DNA from: Octopus sinensis
Lineage: Eukaryota
Assembly: GCF_006345805.1 (NCBI RefSeq)
Contig: NC_043000.1
Span: 130,324,001 to 130,388,000, forward strand
Length of the DNA: 64,000 nucleotides
Direction: 5' to 3'
In this document: positions 41,141-53,764 of the stretch, piece by piece
Position numbering within the stretch: position 1 is the first letter of the stretch
Layout of the letters: each line of letters starts with the position of its first letter
Translations under genes and position numbers: made by a program
The notes under the pieces: model-generated
The model's database searches: none
What the model saw: only the letters and a program-made list of their open reading frames with translations
What the model was told of the DNA's origin: nothing

Positions 41141-41238
41141 TAGATATACGTACATACCTATACATAAACATATACACATACATATACTTTATATACATAT
41201 GCATATATGGATATATACATATACATACACACACACAC

Positions 41239-41269
<31 letters not shown>

Positions 41270-41404
41270 CAAATACACACAAACACACACACACGGACGT
41301 ATGCATAACGACATAAATATACGCCTGCACAAACAGTTCCACGCGCACATACTCACAAAGTTAGTCATATATATATCATTATAAATATTCACTTATGCTT
41401 AGTG

Positions 41405-41575
41405 ATACTTTTCCAGTTGCTACATTCTGAGTTCAAATTCCAGCGAGGCCGAATTTGCCTTTCTTCCTTTCGAGGTCGATAAATTAACTACCAACGAAAC
41501 ACTGGGGTTGACGTAATCGACTAGTCCCCTTCACCAAAATTTCGGGCCTTGTGCTTATAGTGGAATGGATTATAA
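41405..41575 (+). mobile_element. SINE family A variant, 5'-truncated
   Basis: GAGTTCAAATTCC...TTTGCCTTTCTTCCTTTCGAGGTCGATAAATTAAC. Confidence 0.75.
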
Positions 41576-41724
41576 CTATTCGCCTATATACCATCAGAGG
41601 TAGCTCGAGCCAAAGATGGTGCTTCATGAGTCGGAATTAACATCTCACTCGTCGAAATTAACACCTAAACTCTGTCTTCCGCCTTAAGTAGAAAAGACAA
41701 TGAATAACGAATTCCTAATATATG

Positions 41725-42133
41725 CTCTCTTACTCTTTACTCTTTTACTTGTTTCAGTCATTTGACTGCGGCCATGCTGGAGCACCGCCTTTAGTCGAGC
41801 AAATCGACCCTGGGACTTATTCTTTGTAAGCCTAGTACTTATTCTATCGGTCTCTTTTGCCGAACCGCTAAGTGACGGTGACGTAAACACACCAGCATCG
41901 GTTGTCAAGCAATGCTAGAGGGACAAACACAGACACACAAACATATATACACACATACATATATATACATATATACGACAGGCTTCTTTCAGTTTCCGTC
42001 TGCCAAATCCACTCACAAGGCTTTGGTCGGTCCGAGGCTATAGCAGAAGACACTTGCCCAAGATGCCACGCAGTGGGACTGAACCCGGAACCATGTGGTT
42101 GGTTAGCAAGGTACTTACCACACAGCTACTCCT
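41725..42133 (-). mobile_element. SINE family B, full length
   Basis: Reverse-complement match to 22871-23280. Confidence 0.92.
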
Positions 42134-42757
42134 GCTGTGAACGAAACAAAAAGAAATGTTCATGGTGAGAACAGACACACACGTACACATACGCGCGCGC
42201 GCATGCATCCTTACATATGCGTACAGATAGTGGTTTGTAGACATCCTTAGTTGATGTATAAAAGCATAGATAGAAAACAGATAAATTCTAAGATATATTC
42301 TCACACACACACATACATAGACACACACGCACACATTTTAATGCTCACGTACACCACGTACACATAGCATATACAGACCTAGAAGCTGCCGTGGAGACAC
42401 ATTGGCACAGATGAGCACTTAGAAGCATAGTTTCAGATAGAGGGAAACAAAAAAAAAACGGGCACATGCGCGTACATACATACATACATACATACATACA
42501 TACATACATACATACATAATACTTGCATACATACATGCATGCATTCATATATGCATACATGCACTCACACACGCAAGCTCATACACACACATTGACAAAT
42601 ATGTGAATCACAAGCAAAAATATAAATATCATGACACAAAACACACTCACAAACACGCATATCTATGTATGTGTGTATGTATGTATGTATGTATGTATGT
42701 ATATATATATATATAATATATATATATATATGTATATAAATATATATATATATATGA

Positions 42758-42835
<78 letters not shown>

Positions 42836-44118
42836 AATATATATATATATATTATATATATATATATATTATATATATATATTATATATATATACACATA
42901 ATAATAGAAACGTATACACAGTCACGCATGCATCTATATCTTCTTACATAAATTACCTAAGATACACAAAAGATGGAAGTGTGACTCCAACAAATGCTTG
43001 AATACGTATGGAAGCGCATACAAACAAAAATTTACATACATACGTCAGTTGATAAGAAAGGCGCTATTGTCAGCAATTCAGAGATGACAAAGTAAATTTT
43101 GATAAAAACAAAATGCTATTTCAGTTAATCAACGTTAAGAAACGTATTAAATTAGATAAAAATACAGCAAAACCAAACAAGATTATTGAGTTACTCTATA
43201 CTGACATCACCGTAATTGGAAATGTTTGGATTGATGGCAAGAAGATATTAATACCTTTATATCTTTATATCTGTTCGCGTATAATGAATATACATATGTG
43301 TTTGTGTGGGTATGTATACATACATATGGCTATTTGTATATAGATACTGTTGTAAATCATGCAAATATATATATATATATAAATACATGTATATATATGT
43401 ATATGTATGTGTGTATATATTATATACATTTATACAAACATGCATATATGTATATGTAATAAATATACATATATGTATATGTTATATATATATATTATAT
43501 AATATATAATATATAGTAATATCTATATGTATATATACATACATATGTATATGTTATATATATATATATATATGTACATATATATGTATATATACATATA
43601 TGTATATATATATATATATGTATATATAGTTATCCGTAATAATGAAGGGTGAAATTAATTAATTTGGAATAATTATCAATTACACCAAGTAGTCTTCGGC
43701 ATGTAAAAGCCTCATTCGAGGAAAATTTAAGTAATACTAAGCAATAAAGGGTTTAGCAACGAATTGCCTTACCACATACAGAATTTAGAAATAGCAGTCA
43801 AAGAGTTATAGCTATTTCTTCTACTAAAAATGAGGCTTTTACATGCCGAAGACTACTTGGGTAATTGATAATTATTCCAATTAATTAATTTCACCCTTCA
43901 TTATTACGGATAACCATTTATTTATCTCAGTAGATGACCACAGCATCTTGTTTTGGCTACACGCGGGTGGGAAGGGGCTGGTGACACAATCGTTTCATTC
44001 ACACATTGAATTCGGTGATACTAGTTGCGGATTCTAGCTCGCTCTGATACTGAGTTGAGTGGTGCCTTCTAGTATCTCAAAATAAAATTCAATATATAAT
44101 CATTTATGATTATAGTAT

Positions 44119-44224
44119 TCTACGCTGAAGAGAAAAGAAGTTCGGTAAGATAGAATTATTTAATATTTAATATTTAATTCTTATGCTTTCCTAAAAACTT
44201 GATTTCGAAACGTACGTCCGTAGA
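44119..44224 (+). ncRNA. Type I hammerhead ribozyme with long stem II, copy 1
   Basis: UCUACG-CUGAAGA-[GAAA/AG/AAGUU...AACUU/GA/UUUC, 75 nt]-GAAA-CGUACG-UC/CGUAGA; 6-bp helix I; ACGUACGU palindrome; predicted cleavage after 44218. Confidence 0.85.
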
Positions 44225-44714
44225 TAACTTAAAAATGTATGATAGATTGCCGTCAATTCATTTCTCTTACCTGTTGTGTCTGCCTTCCAATGCTGTTTTT
44301 ACTGAAGATCTCCCTTTTTAGTAGAAGAAATAGCTATAACTCTTTGAATGCTATTTCTAAATTCGTATGTGGTAAGGCAATTCGTTGCTAAACCCTTATT
44401 GATTTAGTATTACTTAAATTTTCCTCGAATGAGGCTTTTACATGCCGAAGACTACTTGGTGTAATTGATAATTATTCCAAATTAATTAATTTCACCCTTC
44501 ATTATTACGGATAACCATATTTTATCTCAGTAGATGACCACAGCATCTTGTTTTGGCTACACGCGGGTGGGAAGGGGCTGGTGACACAATCGTTTCATTC
44601 ACACATTGAATTCGGTGATACTAGTTGCGGATTCTAGCTCGCTCTGATACTGAGTTGAGTTGGTGCCTTCTAGTATCTCAAAATTCAATATATAATCATT
44701 TATGATTATAGTAT

Positions 44715-44821
44715 TCTACGCTGAAGAGAAAAGAAGTTTCGGTAAGATAGAATTATTTAATATTTAATATTTAATTCTTATGCTTTCCTAAAAACTTGAT
44801 TTCGAAACGTACGTCCGTAGA
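44715..44821 (+). ncRNA. Type I hammerhead ribozyme with long stem II, copy 2
   Basis: As copy 1 with one extra U in stem II; predicted cleavage after 44815. Confidence 0.85.
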
Positions 44822-45885
44822 TAACTTAAAAATGTATGATAGATTGCCGTCAATTCATTGTCTCTTACCTGTTTGTGTCTGCCTTCCAATTGCTGTTTTT
44901 ACTGAGATCTCCCTTTTTAGTAGAAGAAATAGCTATAACTCTTTGACTGCTATTTCTAAATTCGGTATGTGGTAAGGCAATTCGTTGCTAAATCCTTTAT
45001 TGCTTAGTATACGTATATATATATATGTATTTTATATATGTATGTATGATATATACATATATATACATACACACAAACATACATATACATTTATATATAC
45101 ATATATTTATGTGCATTCCTGTGTGTGTGTGTGTTATTTGTGCAAATAAACAACTACTTTCAAATATATATTAGTCATGACGCTGAGCTTTATCTCTAGA
45201 TTAAAAACAAACAAATTCCTAGTCCTTTATTAAGCATTTTATATCGAATTTCAATCAATAACTTTCTATTGTTCACTAACATTTCAAAACCTTCTCGACG
45301 TGATCTTCGAATGAATTTATGATCGCGTTTAACGACATTTTGTTGTTACCAATGTATCTGCAGATGATATGAATGATCGCAAAATAACAAAATCCTCATT
45401 GCCGGATTCAGAAGTGTTTAACAATAAATTGTTGCTTACTTTTATGTTGCTTTTTAAAACTTTTTTTTACGTATGCTGTATCTGAGTTAAATTTTCATTT
45501 GTATTTTACAATTGATAGAGTGTCTATCATTACTCGTGCATTTTCTTTTTCTTTTTTCAGTGCGTGAAATTTTACATAGTATAGTATTTTGCATTATAAG
45601 GAGCTTTAATGAATTCTTGTTTTACATGTAATTTCAGGATGAACCGATCAGAAACTAGATATGAATGTGACTGTATGTATTTGTGAATATGCGTATACCA
45701 CAGAAAATAGGTATGTATGTTTGTGTTTGTGTGAGTGTGCTGACAGACACATAGGGTATAAAGCAAAAGTCTCTCGTTTCCAAGCTTTGTTAATCAGTAA
45801 CGAGACAACATTGAATACGAAACTGCAAAAACGAGCTAACGCTTCATGAAGTAAAACACTACTGCATTCGGAATGTTTGAATATA

Positions 45886-47127
45886 TTCGGTTGTTCCGAA
45901 ATTAATGGCCGATTGTGGAAAGAATTTTATTCTGGAAAAAGATAACAATAAATGTCTTGATTAGTCAAAGTATGAGCCGTGAACGTCTATGCATCACTGC
46001 CATCTATCAACGAGATTATTTGTGCCTCGTTGATAAAAACTTATTGGCTTTGATGCTAAGAAATCTTTGACAGCTCATTCTACCTCTAGTTTGGACCTGA
46101 AAGTTTTATCACTTAAAAATGTGTTTAAATGCTTTAAAAATGGTAGTCAGTGGGTGTAAGGTCAAAAGAATATGGAGGATGTGATAAAACCTTGATTCCC
46201 AAGTCTGAGTTTCTGCAGCGTCATTCATGTGGCTTTGCATTATCGTGGAGCAGAATTGGGCCACGCCGATTCACCAATACAGGTCTCATTTTTTGCAAGT
46301 GAGCATACATTTCAGCGAGTTGATTGTAGTAAAGCTCTGCTGTAATGCTTTGATTGGCTTTCAGAAAGCTGTAATGGACAACTCCAATTGCAGACCACCA
46401 GACAGTCACCATAATTTTTTGCTGATGCAACTTTGGTTTTGGGAAATATTTGGGGGACTCATTACAATCAAGCCATTGACCTGATCGTTTACGTTTATCA
46501 TAACGGATTTACTTTTCGTCACATGTGACTATTTACCCAAGAAAATTATATTTGGTGATTCACAGATAGAGCATGGATTTTGATTTTCATTGAGCTCATG
46601 TGGTGCCCATTTATCGAGATTTTTCACCTTACCAATTTTCTGCAGATTGCGTGATACCGTTGCAATACAGACATCAAGTGCCTGAGACATTTGTCTGACA
46701 CTCTGACATGGGTTTTGTTCAATAATTGCTTTCAATTGTTCATTATCAAGACTGCATGACCGTCCTCTGTCTTCTTCATCGTCAAGGCTCTCATCATCAC
46801 TACGGAATTTCTGAAACCACCTTCGTACTGTGCGATCATTTGTGGACCCATCTTCGCATACTGTGTTGATATTGACAGCAGTTTCAGAGGCATTGTGCCC
46901 AAGCTTGAATTCATGCAAGAAAAGTAAGCGAAGGTCATTTTTTGTTCATAATTAAAGGCGCCTATGCTTCAAGAGTCTTTTCTGCCTGAAATAAGTAGAC
47001 ATTTATTAAAGGGCATACATCAATTTCAAGCAAAATAATTTCACCTAAAATATAATTCAAATACTATGATAAAATTGCGTTTCAAAACACAACACTTAGA
47101 GCGGCCATTATTTTCGGAATAACCCAA
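45886..47127 (-). mobile_element. Mariner (DD34D) element, full length, decayed
   Basis: TIRs TTCGGTTGTTCCGAAATTAATGGCCG and CGGCCATTATTTTCGGAATAACCCAA, TA on both sides, 1242 bp. Confidence 0.93.
45961..46949 (-). pseudogene. Mariner transposase pseudogene
   Basis: HEFKLGHNASETA, WAPHEL, TCDEK, HDNAKPH, HPPYSFDLTPTDYH and GSYFD*; frameshifts and stops. Confidence 0.93.
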
Positions 47128-49794
47128 TATATCTGGGTGTAAAAAGTAGCTAAGATACGAAAGCAGTAAATATAGAATGTAACAAACTTCACCTACTTTA
47201 AGATAGGGATTTCCTTATGTAATATAGAGCGTTAAAAACTATGATTAACAGCAATTATCAATTCAATTAGCATGCAAAATCTCCCCTCTAAGAATGTAAA
47301 AATCCGATTAATTCTAAAAATAAGGCAAGCTGAAGTCTTTGTGAGCGACGCCAATCCGATGAGAATGAATCTTTTCTTTGAAACCAAAATAATGGGGAGA
47401 AAAAAGGGCTATGCTGTTGTGTCATTATGCCTCTTCACTAAAGTATATTTTACTCAGATGGAAAGACTTAGAATTGATCTCTTTCTCTCTTTCCGCCTCT
47501 CCCACTCACCCTCTCCTTCAACTCCACTCTCTCTCCCTCTCTTTCTCTCTCCCTCTCTGTCTATCTCTCTCTCTGTACATACACATACACACGCATATAT
47601 ATATATATTTCTACTTAGGCATACCGAAACTAATAACAAATACTTCAGAACAAAGAGCTAGTCAAGTAGACAGTAGTAATAAAAAATCTAATAAATGAAA
47701 AAGGAATAAGAAGTTATATCATGAATTTTTATACTAATTAAGGTTTCCATAGCCAAAGTAGACAAAGATCTTGGTTTCCAAATTTTTCTTTCCGTTCTCA
47801 CTCGTTCCACTTTTGAATCAATCTTCTTCGCATTGTTTACGTTCTCTCATAGTCCATCGTCCTGGTTTGTAAATATATCTAACGTTATTAACTGACCCTG
47901 AAATTTTGCTGAGAGATACATAACTTGTTGTATAAATCTGCCAACATAATATAGCTTAAAGCATGAAACTACTAAATAATAGCTTTTCTGTAATTTTGTA
48001 CATTAAACGACAGGTTTAATTGTAGGAATAGTAGAAACTAGCAGCTGGAGTAATTTTCTATACGAGCCGAGACTCGTGCGAATATATATCTCGAAGTACG
48101 AGCGGAAATCCGCAATACGAGCGGACTTCATAGAAGCACAAATCGTCCTGTCTTTAAGGTGATTCTGTTAATAAAACCAGTTTACATATTTCTTTTACAT
48201 TCTCTTTTTTATAATTGTCATTTTACTACCGACACTAAGGAACCTTTATGAAGTTGAGCATCCTGATAAATCTAGCAAAACTCTCACCGATTAAATGTTT
48301 ACTATTTAATGAAGAATGTCAACATAGTTTAAGATTCACTTAGATATCAATAGCAAAAACAAACTGATATTGTAATTTGTAGAATACCGTTGACCAATGG
48401 TCTGCTCAGTTAGGTCTGGCCTAAAGGGAAAAACAAATGAAGAATCCATACACACACTGCCAAATATTCAGAATCCGGAAAATGAGTAAACTTATAGAAC
48501 ATTAAATTGACAAATTGATGTTTATTACATAGATATATTACTCTGATATTCATAACGCCAAAATATTCGAACCGCTCCTCATTGACATGTGTATTGTATA
48601 TATTTCTGTTTTCAGGATATCATTATATTTCAAAGACAAAAAGAACAATTAACAGTTGACCCAATTGCAGTGTGCAGCGGGAAATGGAGCCTATCCCTTA
48701 AGTCAGAGTGAAGATTTGAGCTTCCCTAACTTACGGTGTAAGACGCAATAGTTTATTTCGTACCCAAAACAACATTTCAATGCACTCATACCAAAGACAC
48801 ACATGCAAAAATCATAAATAACAAATGTTTATTTATTACTACGATGACACGATATAACAAAACTATTCGGCTATAAAAGTCCCATTCATTATAAACGCAA
48901 TTATCTCCAATACATATTTCATTAATTTCAGACTTAATGCCACTTGCAAACGTTTACAAAGAAACTAATAAGCTGTCACGCATACTTTTATTTCTGTTTT
49001 ATGACCACTAGCAAAATAACGAATACCCATCGCAGATTAACATAAAATCATATAGAAGTCAAATAACCACAATCTGCTGCGTACACATATACTCACGCAT
49101 AATTCATTGAATAAATATAAAACATACGGCAAAGAACTGTAAAGAAATACAAACTCACACACACACACACACATGCAATCAGGTATGTTTTTTTTTTTTT
49201 TAAAAAAAAGAAAGAACACACTTAGATTTTACTCACAAAACCTTCGCCTGGGATTACTCATGTGTGAAAAGTAACATCCATTAGCGATACAGTTACTCGC
49301 AGTAGAAACATCCATAATTATTTTTTCGTATAACTTATTCATAAACAACCTTTCACCAAAACAACATTTATGCAAAAACTTGCACACGAACGAAAAAGCA
49401 CACTCCATCACCAGCTCGTAGACAAATCTTAAGCAAATAAATAACACACCATACCACCAACTATTGAAAGAAATAAAAAAAAAACACTACAAAAGCTAAT
49501 CGATGAATAATCACAGGTGTTATACCACACACACACACACACGCATACACATACGCACACGTACGCACATACATATGCGCACGCACATGCACACATACAC
49601 GCACGCACACATACATAGCAAAGTATATAAATACACCACGTATAAATACCCAGTTGTAAAAGTTCTAGCCTGAAGATGGTAGTAGCATGAACCTCGTATC
49701 GTGTATGAACGAACATATCATTTTCTACGACACAATATGTATTGAGCACTCGTCTCTCAACTGTATGATATACAGCACCGTACGCAAATTACTA

Positions 49795-49859
<65 letters not shown>

Positions 49860-49873
49860 ATTATTATTATTAT

Positions 49874-50420
49874 TGAGTGAGAGAGCAGTGCATGCCATCG
49901 AAGTGACACTGGGATAAAATATACGAAGTCCAGTGTACCCATCATGACTACCCGTCTGATAAGGGTACACTAGGCACATGCATCACAACCATACGTGCGT
50001 GACGTGATGATCTTATATCTAGATAAACAACGCATTACCTTGCAGGTGGGGTCCAGTTAGAATTATCTTCTCGTCGAGTAACCCATCCCGCTCAAAAGGT
50101 CCCTCAATAAGGGTTGTTTAAGGATTTTGAACGAAACACCCATGCTTCCAAAGGCGAATTATTCAAACCCCAAAGAATCCCTCTCAACACATGGCTATGA
50201 TGCTCCCCCACTACTTCTGCTCGTGATCAGAGATGCACATATTGTCAGCCACTAAGGGACATCGTCAGTTGATTAAGGTCAAACAACTGACATGCATATC
50301 TGTGGTGTTGAGCAGAATATTTGCTGTAGCCCATTGTTTATACCAAGACAAAACAAAGTACATGATAACACTTCCAATGAGTTAAGATCAGAAGCCATGA
50401 GAGACACTGCCTGATACTGC
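49874..50420 (-). mobile_element. Non-autonomous retroposon-like repeat with (AAT)n tail
   Basis: More GC-rich than the flanks, abuts (TTA)n at 49795-49873; an ~85-bp internal piece is re-duplicated at ~50425-50510. Confidence 0.5.
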
Positions 50421-50564
50421 TTTCAAACCCCAAAAGAATCCCTCTCAACACATGGCTATGATGCTCCCCCACAACTTCTGCTCGTGATCAGAGATACACA
50501 TATCGTCAGTCATTGTTATTATTATTACCATTTTCATTATTATGTGTGTGTGTGTGTGTATGTA

Positions 50565-50610
<46 letters not shown>

Positions 50611-51639
50611 TGTGTGTGACATTGTTAAGCAGCAGCAGCTAAATAATAAACCATCACTATCTAGAATTGAAATCATACACCGCATTTGGTCTGCTAGTAA
50701 ATTATCACGCTTGTCACTACACCGAAAATAATCATTCTACCATCAAAACAATAACAATAGAGGATTTTCTTTGATTATTAACTGTAAACACGATCTTGGT
50801 TTTGCAGTCTCACAGAGAAATATCAGCAGTCGACAAAAACTGTTAAAGAATGAATATTCTTTGTCTATCGCATTTCTTAACAAATCTGTTTTGAAATCTT
50901 CTTTAAAACCATCAGAAACAAACGGCGCTTGTGGTACTTTGTTGTTTTCTTCCTGCCTGGCACCAATTCAACCCCTAAGGCGACTAATATGAAATAAGTA
51001 ATAGGATTTCGAAAAACAGTGTTAATGTTTCTCTTGTCTGCAATAAAGAGAGACAATTTTCTCTTAACAACTAATCGAATTTTCGTAATAAAGCTACATA
51101 GACATTTCAATGCTGACTCTTTTACCTTTCATTTAAAACCTTCAGACTTTACAAAACGTGTTTATAGCATGAAATGTCTTCCACTCCTGTGTAAACGCTA
51201 ACATTTGTCCTAAGTCAAATTAAAATGTTATATAGTGAAATATAATGGAAACCACATCCCGCCAATGCATGGGAGAGAAGGGTTCCGTCAGAATTTCGTG
51301 TTATGTAATTATATAACAGACTATGACTAAGACGCATAAGATGCATTGGTCTATATATTTATATGTAAAGGGGTTTGTATGATTGTGTATGGATGGATAT
51401 ATTTTATTCAAAGGAATTCCAACTCTGTTTTTTATGTTTTATTTATATCCTTTATAATATTAATGTACAATACAGAATATATAGTATATATAGTATAAAT
51501 AGTATATATAGTAAAATGAAATGAAGTAGCGATTGTTTTATTGAATAGATGAAATATTGAATATCAAATATTATGGGACTAGTATGCTTACTTGTATTAA
51601 AGCAATAGTTAATCCCACCTGCAAAAAAAAAAACGAAGA

Positions 51640-51830
51640 GAGAACACAAAAGAAACTATAACGCGAGGACGTGGTACATGCAAAGTAATAGCAGACGTTC
51701 AGGGAGTGAAAGAAAGGTGGTTTTATGTTTGGAGCTAAGCTTTTCGTTAGAAACAGGAGACGGGGGGAGTCCAAGAGAAAACAAAGACGAAGGGAATGGA
51801 TCGCCAACGATCCACATGTGGTTACATATG
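51640..51830 (-). mobile_element. Old copy of the hammerhead-bearing family seen in segment B
   Basis: Minus strand ATCGTTGGCGAT...TTTCTAACGAAAAGCTTAGCTCCAAACATAAAACC versus TTTCTGATGAAGAGCTCTGCTCGAAACGTTAAATCC. Confidence 0.6.
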
Positions 51831-51946
51831 TATATATACATATGTAACCACATACGTATATATACATATATTTACACATATAATAAATCTCTGGGCGAGG
51901 TATAAACAGTAGCTGCACGACATCGTGAAGTATAATTGCCAAGTAT

Positions 51947-52013
51947 AAATGTCGCTAACCCTTAAGGGTGGATGCTACTGTAGCTTATCCACCCTTAAGG
52001 GTTAGCCACATTT
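51947..52013. repeat. 67-bp hairpin with nested palindromes
   Basis: 27-bp arms match at 26 of 27 positions; each arm contains CCCTTAAGGG; the loop holds GCTAC-T-GTAGC. Confidence 0.9.
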
Positions 52014-52025
52014 AAGTGGCTAATA

Positions 52026-52060
<35 letters not shown>

Positions 52061-52063
<3 letters not shown>

Positions 52064-52861
52064 TTTCATTTTTTAAAATCATTTTATCTAGTTTCAGTTC
52101 ATGAGCTGTGGCCATGCTGGGGCACCGCCATTCGGTGTTGCTACATGATTTTACTTCACGAATGATTTTTAGCAATTGACATTTGGTGCATGAGAGAGTT
52201 TGATGTAGCTGCCCTCATCTACACCTCCTGCTGTGAAGTTGGTTCATATGTATGTATGTATGTGTGTATGTATGTATGTATGTATGTATGTATGTATGTA
52301 TGTATGTATAACGGCAACGGGAAACTCAAAGTAACAGGTTTTGTTGAATTTTCTGCTGCTTTAAATAAAGCATATTACTCTACCACTGGTATTTGAGTAC
52401 TCTTTTTTCCACCTTGTTTCACATTTATGTGTTTGCTCCGGTATATATATATATATATATATAATATATATATATATATCATTTCATTTTTTAAAATCAT
52501 TTTATCTAGTTTCAGTTCATGAGCTGTGGCCATGCTGGGGCACCGCCATTCGGTGTTGCTACATGATTTTACTTCACGAATGATTTTTAGCAATTGACAT
52601 TTGGTGCATGAGAGAGTTTGATGTAGCTGCCCTCATCTACACCTCCTGCTGTGAAGTTGGTTCATATGTATGTATGTATGTGTGTATGTATGTATGTATG
52701 TATGTATGTATGTATGTATGTATGTATGTATAACGGCAACGGGAAACTCAAAGTAACAGGTTTTGTTGAATTTTCTGCTGCTTTAAATAAAGCATATTAC
52801 TCTACCACTGGTATTTGAGTACTCTTTTTTCCACCTTGTTTCACATTTATGTGTTTGCTCC

Positions 52862-52863
<2 letters not shown>
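52061..52863 (+). repeat. Tandem duplication, ~420-bp period, bounded by (TA)n
   Basis: 52061-52441 and 52479-52863 are identical except for (TATG)n and T-run length. Confidence 0.95.
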
Positions 52864-52898
<35 letters not shown>

Positions 52899-52955
52899 AA
52901 TTATTTTTTTCCTTCTTTCTTCAAATTTTCTTCCGTTTATGGATGGATGTTATTT

Positions 52956-53655
52956 TCACAGCGATAGTGCTCTTCACAGTATATGAGCCGTTCCAGTTAA
53001 TACGATTTTTTGCACTTCCTGTAGGGATGGTAAGCCTGGAATCATTTTCAAATAGGTTTCAGTACCTTTTTTTATCATTCCTAGAGATCCTACAATCACT
53101 GGTACTGTAGTCGCCTTGAGATGCCACATTTTTTCAATTTCTATTAGCAGGTCTTTATATTTACTAATCTTGTCAAATTCTTTCGCCGCTATATTGTGAT
53201 CACAGGGAATACTCATGTCAATTAATAAACACATCCTTTTTGTCTGATCTTTTATAATAATATCGGGTTTATTAGCTTTTATAGTCCTGTCGGTCTGCAC
53301 GGGGAAGTCCCATTGAATTGACACATTTTCTCCCTCAGTCACAGCTTCAGGATGGTGTTTATACCATTTGTCAGTGGTTTTGATTTTATAATGCCGACAT
53401 ATTGTCCAATGTAAATACTGGCCGACTTTGTCATGTCTTGCTTTATATTCTGCAGGTGCTAAGACTCTACACCCTGATATTCGGTGGTCTATTGTTTCAA
53501 TCTCATCGTTACAGAATCGGCATTTTGGGTCAGCTCCATTTTTTATCACATTGGCTTGGTAGTTCCGGGTTAATAAGCTTTGGTCTTGAGCAGCTAATAT
53601 GAAACCATCACTCTCTGCTTTTAGCCTGAGCTTCGTAACCATTGGTGCGTGGTGC
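52956..53655 (-). pseudogene. R4/Dong-like non-LTR retrotransposon 3' end (CCHC knuckle + restriction-like endonuclease), 5'-truncated
   Basis: THQWLRSSG-(frameshift)-LKAESDGFILAAQDQ, CRFC...ETIDH..SGC, RHDKV, KPDIII...LIDMSIP...K..KY, GTAHIL*RALSL*; abuts (TTA)n at 53661-53685. Confidence 0.9.
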
Positions 53656-53764
53656 GTGTGTTATTATTATTATTATTATTATTATGTTTATGTGTGTGTA
53701 TACTGTTGCAGAGAGAGAAAGAGAGGGAGAGAGAGAGAGAGTGGTGTATAAATATCTATTGATA

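Larger units (their letters stand above)
43629..45010 (+). mobile_element. Non-coding tandem plus inverted element (retrozyme/Penelope pLTR-like)
   Basis: ~599-bp unit at 43831-44429 repeated at 44430-45010, preceded by a 202-bp inverted copy (43629-43830 = reverse complement of 44315-44515); flanked by (TA)n; one hammerhead per unit. Confidence 0.8.

Noticed and set aside
48026-48159. Open ~44-codon candidate exon (IVETSSWSNFLYEPRLV...)
   Set aside because: Weak acceptor and donor, no recognisable homology; cannot be supported without RNA data.
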